IMG/VR virus record: IMGVR_UViG_3300010263_000005
Span: 1-28,052 of that record
Reading direction: 5' to 3' (one strand)
Length of the DNA: 28,052 nucleotides
DNA from: a virus
Taxonomy: Duplodnaviria; Caudoviricetes
A program made the translations under genes and the position numbers. Below the pieces are notes generated by a model. The model was not told the DNA's origin and ran no database searches. It saw only the letters and a list, made by a program, of their open reading frames with translations. Positions 1-7,470 of the stretch are shown one piece after another; the stretch's first letter is position 1; the number at the start of each line of letters is the position of its first letter.

Positions 1-74
1 CGGCTTAAAATAGATGCAAAAAATCTCACGAAATTCAAAGAACTGCTTAACTTTTGAGATTTTCTGCAGTTTAT

Positions 75-160
75 AGGGTAGGGGGGTCTAAATCTCTACA
101 GTTTTTTACCCCGGAAACGGGCGTGGGGTCACGCGCGAAAAAATTCAGGTTCAAACGGGG
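75..160 (+). other. Putative cos/packaging-initiation region upstream of the small terminase
   Basis: A G-run (GGGTAGGGGGG), AAATCTCTA and CGGGCGTGGGG (118-128) are followed by CGCGCGAAAAAA just 5' of terS. This is the usual position and style of 3'-overhang cos sites in HK97-type Bacillota phages. The exact cut site cannot be determined from sequence. Confidence 0.45.
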
Positions 161-195
161 TATTAAACCCTGCCACAGCAAGGAGGTGAAGGCAC

Positions 196-774
196 GTGGC
201 AAAAGACGGTACAAATAGAGGTGGGCGCCGCGTGCGCGCCGGGGACAAACCACAACCTCTTGCGGAAAAGATCGCAGCAGGTAAAGCCGCACGGATTTTG
301 GAGGCGCCAGAATTTAAACCAGAGTCTATGCTCGAAGCAAGCGAACTGGACGACACGGCAGACTTGAATGGTGAAGATATGCCAACACCGAGCGAATACC
401 TCAGCGCACGGCAAAAGGATGGCAGACCACTGGGCGCTGATGCTCTTTTTATAGAAACATGGAAATGGCTCAAGGAACGTGGCTGTGAAAAATTCGTAAA
501 TCCCAGACTCGTCGAAGCTTATGCGCAGTCGTTTACACGATACATCCAATGTGAAGAAGCAATAAGCACTTATGGCCTTTTAGGTAAGCACCCAACAACG
601 GGTGGAGCGATTGCCAGTCCGTTCGTGCAAATGAGCCAGTCGTTTCAAAAACAGGCCAACCTGCTCTGGTATGAGATTTTTGACATAGTCAAGCAAAACT
701 GTACCACGGCTTTCATTGGAAATCCGCAGGACGATATTATGGAAGCTCTGCTTTCAGGAAGGAGAGGACGGTAG
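196..774 (+). CDS. Terminase small subunit, P27 family
   Basis: RBS AAGGAGGTG precedes a GTG start. N-terminal MAKDGTNRGGRRVRAG and a C-terminal DDIMEALL motif are typical of the family. It sits at the start of the packaging module. Confidence 0.88.
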   Translation: MAKDGTNRGGRRVRAGDKPQPLAEKIAAGKAARILEAPEFKPESMLEASELDDTADLNGEDMPTPSEYLSARQKDGRPLGADALFIETWKWLKERGCEKFVNPRLVEAYAQSFTRYIQCEEAISTYGLLGKHPTTGGAIASPFVQMSQSFQKQANLLWYEIFDIVKQNCTTAFIGNPQDDIMEALLSGRRGR

Positions 775-780
775 AAGATT

Positions 781-2028
781 GTGAATTCAACTGAACGATT
801 AGAAAAAGTAAATATTGATAAGCTGGTGCCGTATGCCAGAAACGCCCGGACCCACAGTAAAGAGCAGATACTCCAACTGCGGGCATCCTTGCGCGAGTTC
901 GGATTTGTCAACCCGGTCATCGTGGATAAAGATCTGAATATCATCGCCGGGCACGGGCGCGTCGTTGCCGCTAAAGAGGAAGGCATCACCGAGGTCCCCT
1001 GCGTGTTCGTCGAACACCTAACCGAAACCCAGAAGCGGGCGTACATTCTTGCCGACAACCGCCTGGCGCTGAACGCGGGCTGGGATACTGAGATGCTCTC
1101 GGTAGAGATTGCCGATTTGCAGGGCGCGGATTTCGACATCTCCCTCCTCGGCTTCGATGACGCGGAACTGAACAAGCTGATGGGTGGTCTTGAGGATGTT
1201 CAGGATGACGACTTCGACGTGGATGGCGAATTGCAAAAGCCTACCCTCACCAAACCGGGAGATCTGTGGCTATTGGGCAAACACCGCCTCGTTTGTGGTG
1301 ATAGCACCAAGCCTGAAACCTTCGACCTGCTTATGGAGGGCAAGGCAGCGAACCTCGTAGTCACCGATCCGCCTTACAATGTCAACTACCAAAGTTCGGC
1401 CGGGAAAATCAAGAATGACAACCTGGCGAACGACGCTTTCTATCAGTTTCTCTTGGATGCCTTTACTTTGATAGAAAAGGTGATGGCAAACGACGCAAGT
1501 ATCTATGTGTTCCACGCCGATACCGAGGGGCTGAATTTCAGGAAGGCGTTTTCCGCCGCAGGCTTCTACCTATCGGGGACATGCATCTGGAAGAAACAAT
1601 CACTGGTGCTGGGACGTTCGCCTTACCAGTGGCAGCATGAGCCGATCCTTTTCGGCTGGAAGAAAACGGGTAAGCACGCCTGGTATTCTGACCGTAAGCA
1701 ATCCACCATCTGGGAGTTTGATAAGCCCAAGAAGAACACTGACCACCCCACGATGAAGCCGGTGCCGTTGATGGCCTACCCGATAGTCAACTCGTCCATG
1801 ACTGGATGCATCGTGCTGGACCCCTTTGGCGGGTCAGGATCTACCCTCATTGCTTGCGAGCAAACGGACAGAATCTGTTATACAGTTGAGCTTGATGAAA
1901 AGTTCTGCGACGTTATAGTTAAAAGGTTTATCCAACAAAAGGGTGACGCGCAAAATGTGTTTCTCATTCGCGACGGCGTGAAAACGGCGTTCAGTGCTAT
2001 AGATTTGCCACAATCCGATATGCAATAA
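781..2028 (+). CDS. ParB-like N-terminal domain fused to an N6/N4 DNA methyltransferase
   Basis: ParB/Srx motifs (PYARNARTH, IIAGHGR, LADNRL). The catalytic DPPY precedes HPTMKP and the SAM-binding LDPFGGSGST, i.e. beta-class motif order. Confidence 0.92.
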   Translation: MNSTERLEKVNIDKLVPYARNARTHSKEQILQLRASLREFGFVNPVIVDKDLNIIAGHGRVVAAKEEGITEVPCVFVEHLTETQKRAYILADNRLALNAGWDTEMLSVEIADLQGADFDISLLGFDDAELNKLMGGLEDVQDDDFDVDGELQKPTLTKPGDLWLLGKHRLVCGDSTKPETFDLLMEGKAANLVVTDPPYNVNYQSSAGKIKNDNLANDAFYQFLLDAFTLIEKVMANDASIYVFHADTEGLNFRKAFSAAGFYLSGTCIWKKQSLVLGRSPYQWQHEPILFGWKKTGKHAWYSDRKQSTIWEFDKPKKNTDHPTMKPVPLMAYPIVNSSMTGCIVLDPFGGSGSTLIACEQTDRICYTVELDEKFCDVIVKRFIQQKGDAQNVFLIRDGVKTAFSAIDLPQSDMQ

Positions 2029-2053
2029 TTACTGTCGTTACTCGAATAAACAA

Positions 2054-2085
2054 CTTGCTATTCCACAGCTTCAGAGTGATATATG
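2054..2085 (+). promoter_or_regulatory. Putative promoter/regulatory motif upstream of 2119
   Basis: TTGCTA at 2055-2060 with a downstream TGATATAT, in the intergenic gap before a strong RBS (TAAGGAGG). A similar motif lies at 24009-24040. Confidence 0.4.
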
Positions 2086-2118
2086 GTATCACCAAGAAGC
2101 TAAGGAGGCTTATAAAAA

Positions 2119-2802
2119 ATGGAAGTAAAATTCAATGTAACCGGCGCGGCCCGCAAAGCACTCGTCAAGGCAACCGGAGAAATTATTGGCTGTGAACCTT
2201 TCTACCAAGGAGCACCGAGTTTCGCCTATGTGGTCAACAACATCACCATCAGTAAAGACGGTACCCTTTCATGGGATGAGCGTACCGACGAGATTACCAT
2301 ACAGAACCTGCTTGGTAGCTTGCGAGAACTTGGTCTCGTTCCTGATGGAGTCGAATCCGACGATCGGTGTGGTGTGCTGACGATTGAACTACCGCTAGAG
2401 GGCTTCACCGAAACGGCGCTTGAGAATCTCGACCGGCTCATCGCTAGTAAAGCAGCGCTCATTAAAAAGGCCATCGGCACCGACGCGCTCCCTGTCGAGC
2501 GGACGGAAACAACGCTCAAGTTCCCCTGGTTCCGTTTGGGCATCGAACCCGAGGAAGTTTCAGCCTATTCCCGCTTCATCGGCGCCCTCTGCGCGGCGGC
2601 GAAGGAGCAGCACCGGGTGACCGCCAAGGAGAAACCCGTGGAGAACGAGAAATTTGCTTTCCGCGTGTTCCTCATTAGACTGGGCTTTGTGGGCGACGAG
2701 TACAAGTCGGCACGGAAAATCCTGCTCAGGAACTTATCGGGTAACAGCGCTTTTAAGAACGGTGTGCGGTTGAAAACAGCGGAGGTAACGGTTGATGAAT
2801 AA
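2119..2802 (+). CDS. Conserved prophage protein (often annotated 'virulence-related protein'), function unknown
   Basis: RBS TAAGGAGG. C-terminal motif ENEKFAFRVFLIRLGFVGDEYKSARKILLRNLSGNSAF is characteristic of this clostridial prophage family. Confidence 0.8.
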   Translation: MEVKFNVTGAARKALVKATGEIIGCEPFYQGAPSFAYVVNNITISKDGTLSWDERTDEITIQNLLGSLRELGLVPDGVESDDRCGVLTIELPLEGFTETALENLDRLIASKAALIKKAIGTDALPVERTETTLKFPWFRLGIEPEEVSAYSRFIGALCAAAKEQHRVTAKEKPVENEKFAFRVFLIRLGFVGDEYKSARKILLRNLSGNSAFKNGVRLKTAEVTVDE

Positions 2803-3019
2803 TTTTCCGGCGAAAGCGGTCGTGGAGTGGCTTCGAAAACAATATCCGGCGGGGACCCGCGTGGAACTGGTACGCATGAATGACCCCTATTCCAAACTGC
2901 AGCCAGGCGACCAAGGAACCGTTGACTTCGTGGACGACACCGGTACGATATTTTGTTCCTGGGACAGCGGCTCCACCCTCGGTGTTGTGTATGGGGAGGA
3001 TGTGGTGCGGAAGTTATAA
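2795..3019 (+). CDS. DUF4314 domain protein
   Basis: YPAGTRVELVRMNDPY...GDQGTVDFVDDTGTI..WDSGSTLGVVYGED signature. The ATG at 2795 follows GGAGG and overlaps the upstream gene's end. Confidence 0.85.
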   Translation: MNNFPAKAVVEWLRKQYPAGTRVELVRMNDPYSKLQPGDQGTVDFVDDTGTIFCSWDSGSTLGVVYGEDVVRKL

Positions 3020-3057
3020 GCGCCGGTTCCGCAGACACGCCAAATAAAAATATAAGC

Positions 3058-3093
3058 AAAAGCAAAGGGCTTCCACAGAGGCCCTTTACTTTT
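3058..3093 (+). terminator. Intrinsic terminator-like hairpin
   Basis: AAAAGCAAAGGGC...GCCCTTTACTTTT inverted repeat after DUF4314. Confidence 0.6.
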
Positions 3094-3122
3094 ACCCGTT
3101 TTCATGAGAGGAGGCGGCGCCT

Positions 3123-4718
3123 TTGCGAAAACTGAAAAAATATAAGCCGACCGCCTTCATGGCTGGAGGGTCGCATTACGATAAGGACGCCGCCGACTAT
3201 GCGGTCTCTTTTATTGAGGCGCTCTCCCATACCAAAGGCTCCTGGGCGGGAAAACCCTTTGAACTCATCGACTGGCAGGAGCAAATCGTTCGGGATGTGT
3301 TCGGCATCATCAAGCCCAATGGCTACCGCCAGTTTAACACGGCGTATGTGGAGATTCCCAAGAAAATGGGCAAAAGCGAACTGGCTGCTGCCATCGCGCT
3401 CTTGCTCACCTGCGGCGATGGCGAGGAGCGTGCTGAGGTTTACGGATGCGCAGCTGACCGGCAACAGGCGTCCATCGTGTTCGAGGTAGCCGCCGATATG
3501 GTACGGATGTGCCCGGCGCTGTCCCGTCGCGTCAAATTGTTGGCCTCCACCAAACGGCTGGTATATCTGCCGACTAACAGCTTTTATCAGGTATTGAGCG
3601 CCGAAGCATACTCAAAACACGGTTTTAATATCCATGGAGTGGTCTTCGATGAACTGCATACCCAGCCTAACCGCAAACTGTTTGATGTTATGACAAAAGG
3701 CTCGGGTGATGCCCGTATGCAGCCACTGTATTTCCTGATTACCACAGCGGGGAACGATACCCAGAGCATCTGCTATGAAACACATCAGAAGGCACTGGAT
3801 ATCCTTGAGGGCCGAAAACACGATCCTACTTTCTATCCGGTGATCTACGGAGCGAAGGAAGATGACGACTGGACTGACCCAAAAGTATGGCAAAAAGTCA
3901 ACCCATCTCTCGGCATCACAGTCAGCCTTGACAAGGTGAGTGCCGCCTGTGAGAGCGCGAAGCAAAATCCCGCTGAGGAAAACAGCTTCCGGCAGCTTCG
4001 GCTCAACCAGTGGGTCAAACAGGCAGTACGTTGGATGCCGATGGCGAAGTGGGATGCCTGTGCATTCCCAGTTGACGCGGAGAACCTTGAAGGGCGAGTC
4101 TGTTACGGCGGGCTTGACCTTTCCTCCACAACGGACATTACCGCCTTCGTACTGGTGTTTCCACCGATAGCAGAAGAAGGAAAATATGAAATCCTGCCGT
4201 TTTTCTGGATGCCAGAGGACAACATCAACTTGCGTGTCCGGCGGGATCATGTGCAGTACGACCTTTGGGAACGACAGGGTCACCTGATAACTACGGAAGG
4301 AAATGTAGTGCATTACGGCTACATCGAGAAGTTTATTGAAGAATTAGGGACCCGGTACAACATTAAAGAGATTGCCTTTGACCGCTGGGGCGCGGTACAA
4401 ATGACTCAGAACCTGGAGGGATTGGGATTTACCGTGGTTCCATTCGGACAGGGATTTAAGGATATGTCCCCACCAACCAAAGAATTGATGAAGTTGGTCT
4501 TGGAAGGAAAGATTGCTCATGCCGGTCACCCGGTATTGCGTTGGATGATGGACAATATCTATGTTAGAACTGACCCTGCAGGGAATATCAAGCCAGATAA
4601 AGAAAAGTCCAGCGAGCGGATTGACGGGGCGGTGGCTTTAATCATGGCCTTGGACCGGGCGGTTAGGCATCAAGGCGGAGGATCGGTTTATGATTCTCGA
4701 GGGATTTTGGTGTTATGA
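3123..4718 (+). CDS. terL: Terminase large subunit (Terminase_1 type)
   Basis: Walker A-like PKKMGKSE, Walker B VVFDELH, coupling motif LITTAG, nuclease motifs GGLDLSSTTD and RIDGAVALIMA. RBS GAGGAGG precedes a TTG start. Confidence 0.96.
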   Translation: MRKLKKYKPTAFMAGGSHYDKDAADYAVSFIEALSHTKGSWAGKPFELIDWQEQIVRDVFGIIKPNGYRQFNTAYVEIPKKMGKSELAAAIALLLTCGDGEERAEVYGCAADRQQASIVFEVAADMVRMCPALSRRVKLLASTKRLVYLPTNSFYQVLSAEAYSKHGFNIHGVVFDELHTQPNRKLFDVMTKGSGDARMQPLYFLITTAGNDTQSICYETHQKALDILEGRKHDPTFYPVIYGAKEDDDWTDPKVWQKVNPSLGITVSLDKVSAACESAKQNPAEENSFRQLRLNQWVKQAVRWMPMAKWDACAFPVDAENLEGRVCYGGLDLSSTTDITAFVLVFPPIAEEGKYEILPFFWMPEDNINLRVRRDHVQYDLWERQGHLITTEGNVVHYGYIEKFIEELGTRYNIKEIAFDRWGAVQMTQNLEGLGFTVVPFGQGFKDMSPPTKELMKLVLEGKIAHAGHPVLRWMMDNIYVRTDPAGNIKPDKEKSSERIDGAVALIMALDRAVRHQGGGSVYDSRGILVL

Positions 4719-4732
4719 GGTGAGATTATAAG

Positions 4733-4757
4733 AAAAACTCACCTAAAAGGTGAGCTT
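4733..4757 (-). terminator. Intrinsic terminator for the antisense transcript
   Basis: Minus strand reads AAG-CTCACCT-TTT-AGGTGAG-TTTTT. The stem is 4738-4744/4748-4754 and the U-tract lies on the minus strand. Confidence 0.75.
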
Positions 4758-4767
4758 CTAAATTCGT

Positions 4768-4862
4768 GAGAGATTAATTGGTAGGAAGGCGTACCCTACA
4801 TCTCTTTAAAGTACCACTTGCGTGGCGCGGCAGCTGCCAGTTCTGCCCTCAAATAATCTCTC
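4768..4862 (-). ncRNA. Putative structured small RNA (four-way junction) downstream of the PBECR gene
   Basis: A 13-bp closing stem with one mismatch (4862-4850/4780-4768) encloses three hairpins: GGCAG/CUGCC, CCAC-GCAA-GUGG (GNRA loop) and GUAGG/CCUAC. It is a GC-rich island in AT-rich DNA, flanked by a promoter and a terminator. Confidence 0.65.
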
Positions 4863-4898
4863 CTGCATATTATACGCACAAGCATATTTGTTAATTCA

Positions 4899-4927
4899 AT
4901 TATAACGTCATCTTGTTAATACGTCAA
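4899..4927 (-). promoter_or_regulatory. Near-consensus sigma70/sigmaA promoter driving the small RNA
   Basis: Minus strand TTGACG (4927-4922), 17-nt spacer, TATAAT (4904-4899). A second TATAAT at 4874-4869 lies about 7 nt before the 5' end of the RNA stem. Confidence 0.75.
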
Positions 4928-4932
4928 TAAAT

Positions 4933-5337
4933 CTATTCTAATTTTTTTAAAGCTCCTGAATCGATATAAGCTTTAAACTTACTTTCTGTAATTGGATAAA
5001 AAGTCTTAACCCAATATAAATCTTTCTTGCTTAATCTTATGGCGACAATGATATTTTCGTCAAATTTTTTAAAGAACTTAATACTAGTACCGTCAGGGTG
5101 CAGACACAGATAATCAGGTTTTTGAATGATTTCCGGGATTTTTTCTACATGAGCTTTGTAAGCATCTTCAGATGGAAAGTCTGTTTTATGTTTTTCAATA
5201 TATTTTAGCCGATCGGCATCCAATAGTATCTTGCCTTCAATAACGTTAAGTTGTAACAAAGAAATAATTTTTTGGTCGAGATTACCGATATGATATACCT
5301 TTTTATCTATATTAGAAAGATCAATTATATCAAACAT
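4933..5337 (-). CDS. PBECR2/PBECR3-like (phage Barnase-EndoU-ColicinE5/D-RelE fold) putative RNase
   Basis: Pattern IGNL..KIISLL.L...KI.L....LKYIEKH..DF...IPEIIQKPDY...HP...SIKFFK...NIIVAIRL....YWVKTFYPI...K matches my recollection of PBECR proteins. The gene is AT-rich and antisense. Likely start is the ATG at 5337 after AGGTG; the track uses GTG 5346. Confidence 0.72.
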   Translation of the reverse strand: MFDIIDLSNIDKKVYHIGNLDQKIISLLQLNVIEGKILLDADRLKYIEKHKTDFPSEDAYKAHVEKIPEIIQKPDYLCLHPDGTSIKFFKKFDENIIVAIRLSKKDLYWVKTFYPITESKFKAYIDSGALKKLE

Positions 5338-5509
5338 TATACGCACCTAAATTCCTTTGTTTTAGATTGAAAAGATAAAACAAAGGTTTGCTTCAGTCTA
5401 TTTAATTATTATACACCGCAATCTTTATTGCTGAAAGAAGAATATTTAAGATATATCACGTTTATCACGTTAGATGATACAAATATGGCAATTGAAAGGT
5501 GGTGAGTCA

Positions 5510-6814
5510 TTGAAGTTGCCAGGTATATCACGACTGTTGGAAAGAAGAAACGACACCTTCCGGCAGCGGATTCGGGACTGGTTGCTTGGTCTGGATCACG
5601 ATTGCGGAGCAGGCGTGAACGCCGGAGTCTCAGTCAGTGAATATAACGCCATGCAATCTACGGCAGTGTACGCTTGTGTCCGTGTCTTAGCTGAAACAGT
5701 CGCCAGCCTCCCGCTTCCGGTATATAAACGGCTTTCCCGAGGAAAGGAAAAAGCATTCAACCATCCCATATATCCATTGCTCCATGATATGCCTAACCCG
5801 GATATGACCAGTTTCACCTTCCGGGAGACGCTCATGGGGCATTTGCTTTTATGGGGTAATGCTTATGCTCAAATCATCCGGGACAAAAAAAGCGGCCGGG
5901 TTATCGAACTTTGGCCGCTTTATCCTGACCGGATGACCGTGGATCGTGATTTGCAATCCGGTGAAGTATTCTACCAATACAGCGGTAACGGAAATATAGT
6001 CACCCTGCGGCGGGAGCAGGTCTTCCATATTCCCGGCTTGGGGTTCGACGGTATGAAGGGCTATTCGCCGGTGCATATGGCCCGGGAAGCTATCGGATTG
6101 GCGTTGGCCACCGAGGAGTTTGGAGCTCGGTTTTTCGCTAACGGAGCTCGCCCCGGAGGCATACTGGAGCATCCGGGGGTGGTTAAAGACCCGGAAAAGC
6201 TCCGAAAATCCTGGGAAGAAGTCTACAAAGGAGTTAAAAACTCGCACAAAATTGCTGTATTGGAAGAGGGGATGAAGTATCACGAGATTGGCATTCCTCC
6301 GGAAGACGCACAGTTTTTGGAGACCCGGAAGTTTCAATTAAATGAAATCTGCCGGATCTTCCGGGTACCGCCGCATCTGGTGGCTGACTTGGAACGGGCC
6401 ACTTTCTCCAATATCGAACACCAGTCTATTGAATTTGTGGTCCATACTATCCGACCATGGCTGGTCCGCTGGGAACAGGCGATCACTAAATGTCTGCTCC
6501 GCCCGGAAGAACGGATGGAATACTTCGCTAAGTTTACCGTGGACGGACTACTCCGGGGCGATTTCAAGACCCGGATGGAAGGTTACGCCATCGGTCGGCA
6601 AAATGGCTGGTACTCAGCCAATGATATCCGGGAATTGGAGGATCTAAACCCGGTTGATGCCAAGCAGGGTGGAGATATTTATCTGGTCAACGGCAATATG
6701 ATTCCGGCTGTAGCGGCAGGAAAAGCGAAAGGTGGTGAAACCGATGACGGACAAAATGGAACGACGAACGATGAACCTAAAGGAATTGCGGGTGACGGAT
6801 CATCAGGAGGATGA
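5510..6814 (+). CDS. Portal protein, HK97 family
   Basis: AVYACVRVLAETVASLPL, LLLWGNAYA, FFANGARPGG, EICRIFRVPPH, FSNIEHQ motifs. Likely start is TTG 5510 after AAAGGTGGTGA; the track start at 5474 has no obvious RBS. Confidence 0.96.
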   Translation: MKLPGISRLLERRNDTFRQRIRDWLLGLDHDCGAGVNAGVSVSEYNAMQSTAVYACVRVLAETVASLPLPVYKRLSRGKEKAFNHPIYPLLHDMPNPDMTSFTFRETLMGHLLLWGNAYAQIIRDKKSGRVIELWPLYPDRMTVDRDLQSGEVFYQYSGNGNIVTLRREQVFHIPGLGFDGMKGYSPVHMAREAIGLALATEEFGARFFANGARPGGILEHPGVVKDPEKLRKSWEEVYKGVKNSHKIAVLEEGMKYHEIGIPPEDAQFLETRKFQLNEICRIFRVPPHLVADLERATFSNIEHQSIEFVVHTIRPWLVRWEQAITKCLLRPEERMEYFAKFTVDGLLRGDFKTRMEGYAIGRQNGWYSANDIRELEDLNPVDAKQGGDIYLVNGNMIPAVAAGKAKGGETDDGQNGTTNDEPKGIAGDGSSGG

Positions 6815-7373
6815 GAAAACCGTCCGGATGATTGAAGGCCATGCGGCGGTATTCAACCAATGGAGCGAGACCTTGGGCGGATTCTTTCCGTTTAAGGAAC
6901 GGGTTTTGTCCGGCGCCTTTAAAGAGACGATTCTGGAAGACGATATCCGGGCTCTTTTTAATCATGACGCCAACTATGTTCTGGGAAGAAACCGTTCCGG
7001 TACGCTTTTCTTAAACGAAGATGAGGATGGACTTAAAGTCTCGGTCATCCCGCCGGACACGCAATGGGCCAGAGATTTGCTGGTCTCCATCGACCGGGGC
7101 GATATCAGCCAGATGTCCTTTGGCTTTATCGTTGTTTCCGACCGGTGGGGAACCGAAGACGGCATTGATGTGCGAGAGCTTATCAAAGTTAAGCTGTTTG
7201 ACGTGTCACCGGTCACTTTTCCCGCCTATCCCCAAACGGATGTGGGAGTCAGGAGCGCTTTAGAATCCTATGAACGGCATAAGGAAGAGGCACGTCAGGC
7301 GTTACTCAAGCAAAAAGGATGGCAGTTGCCGCTTTGGCAAAGGAAGATGGAGTTATTGAAAAGAGTTTCATAA
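6744..7373 (+). CDS. HK97-family prohead maturation protease
   Basis: IEGHAAVFN, ALFNHD..VLGR, GDISQMSFGF, DVSPVTFPAYPQT motifs. ATG 6744 follows AAAGGTGGTG and overlaps the portal 3' end. Confidence 0.93.
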   Translation: MTDKMERRTMNLKELRVTDHQEDEKTVRMIEGHAAVFNQWSETLGGFFPFKERVLSGAFKETILEDDIRALFNHDANYVLGRNRSGTLFLNEDEDGLKVSVIPPDTQWARDLLVSIDRGDISQMSFGFIVVSDRWGTEDGIDVRELIKVKLFDVSPVTFPAYPQTDVGVRSALESYERHKEEARQALLKQKGWQLPLWQRKMELLKRVS

Positions 7374-7403
7374 CAAATGTTTCTAAATAGCCGTTAAGGC
7401 AAC

Positions 7404-7430
7404 AGCGCTCGAAATATCGGGTGCTTTTTT
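7404..7430 (+). terminator. Terminator-like hairpin between protease and capsid genes
   Basis: AGCGCTCGA-AATA-TCGGGTGCT followed by TTTTT; the 9-bp stem includes G-U pairs. Confidence 0.5.
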
Positions 7431-7470
7431 CATGCTCATTTTGAAGAGTTCTGAAAGGAGAGCGATTTTA

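Noticed and set aside
2119-2802. Virulence function of the 'virulence-related protein'
   Set aside because: The label is a propagated annotation; nothing in the sequence supports a virulence role.
4768-4862. tRNA gene interpretation of the cloverleaf
   Set aside because: No T-loop GTTC motif, no D-loop/anticodon geometry, no CCA end, and the closing stem is too long. It is kept as an unknown ncRNA.
4718-5506. GGTGAG at both sides of the PBECR cassette as a target-site duplication
   Set aside because: Only 6 bp match and both copies are explained as Shine-Dalgarno-like sequences, so it is too weak to claim.
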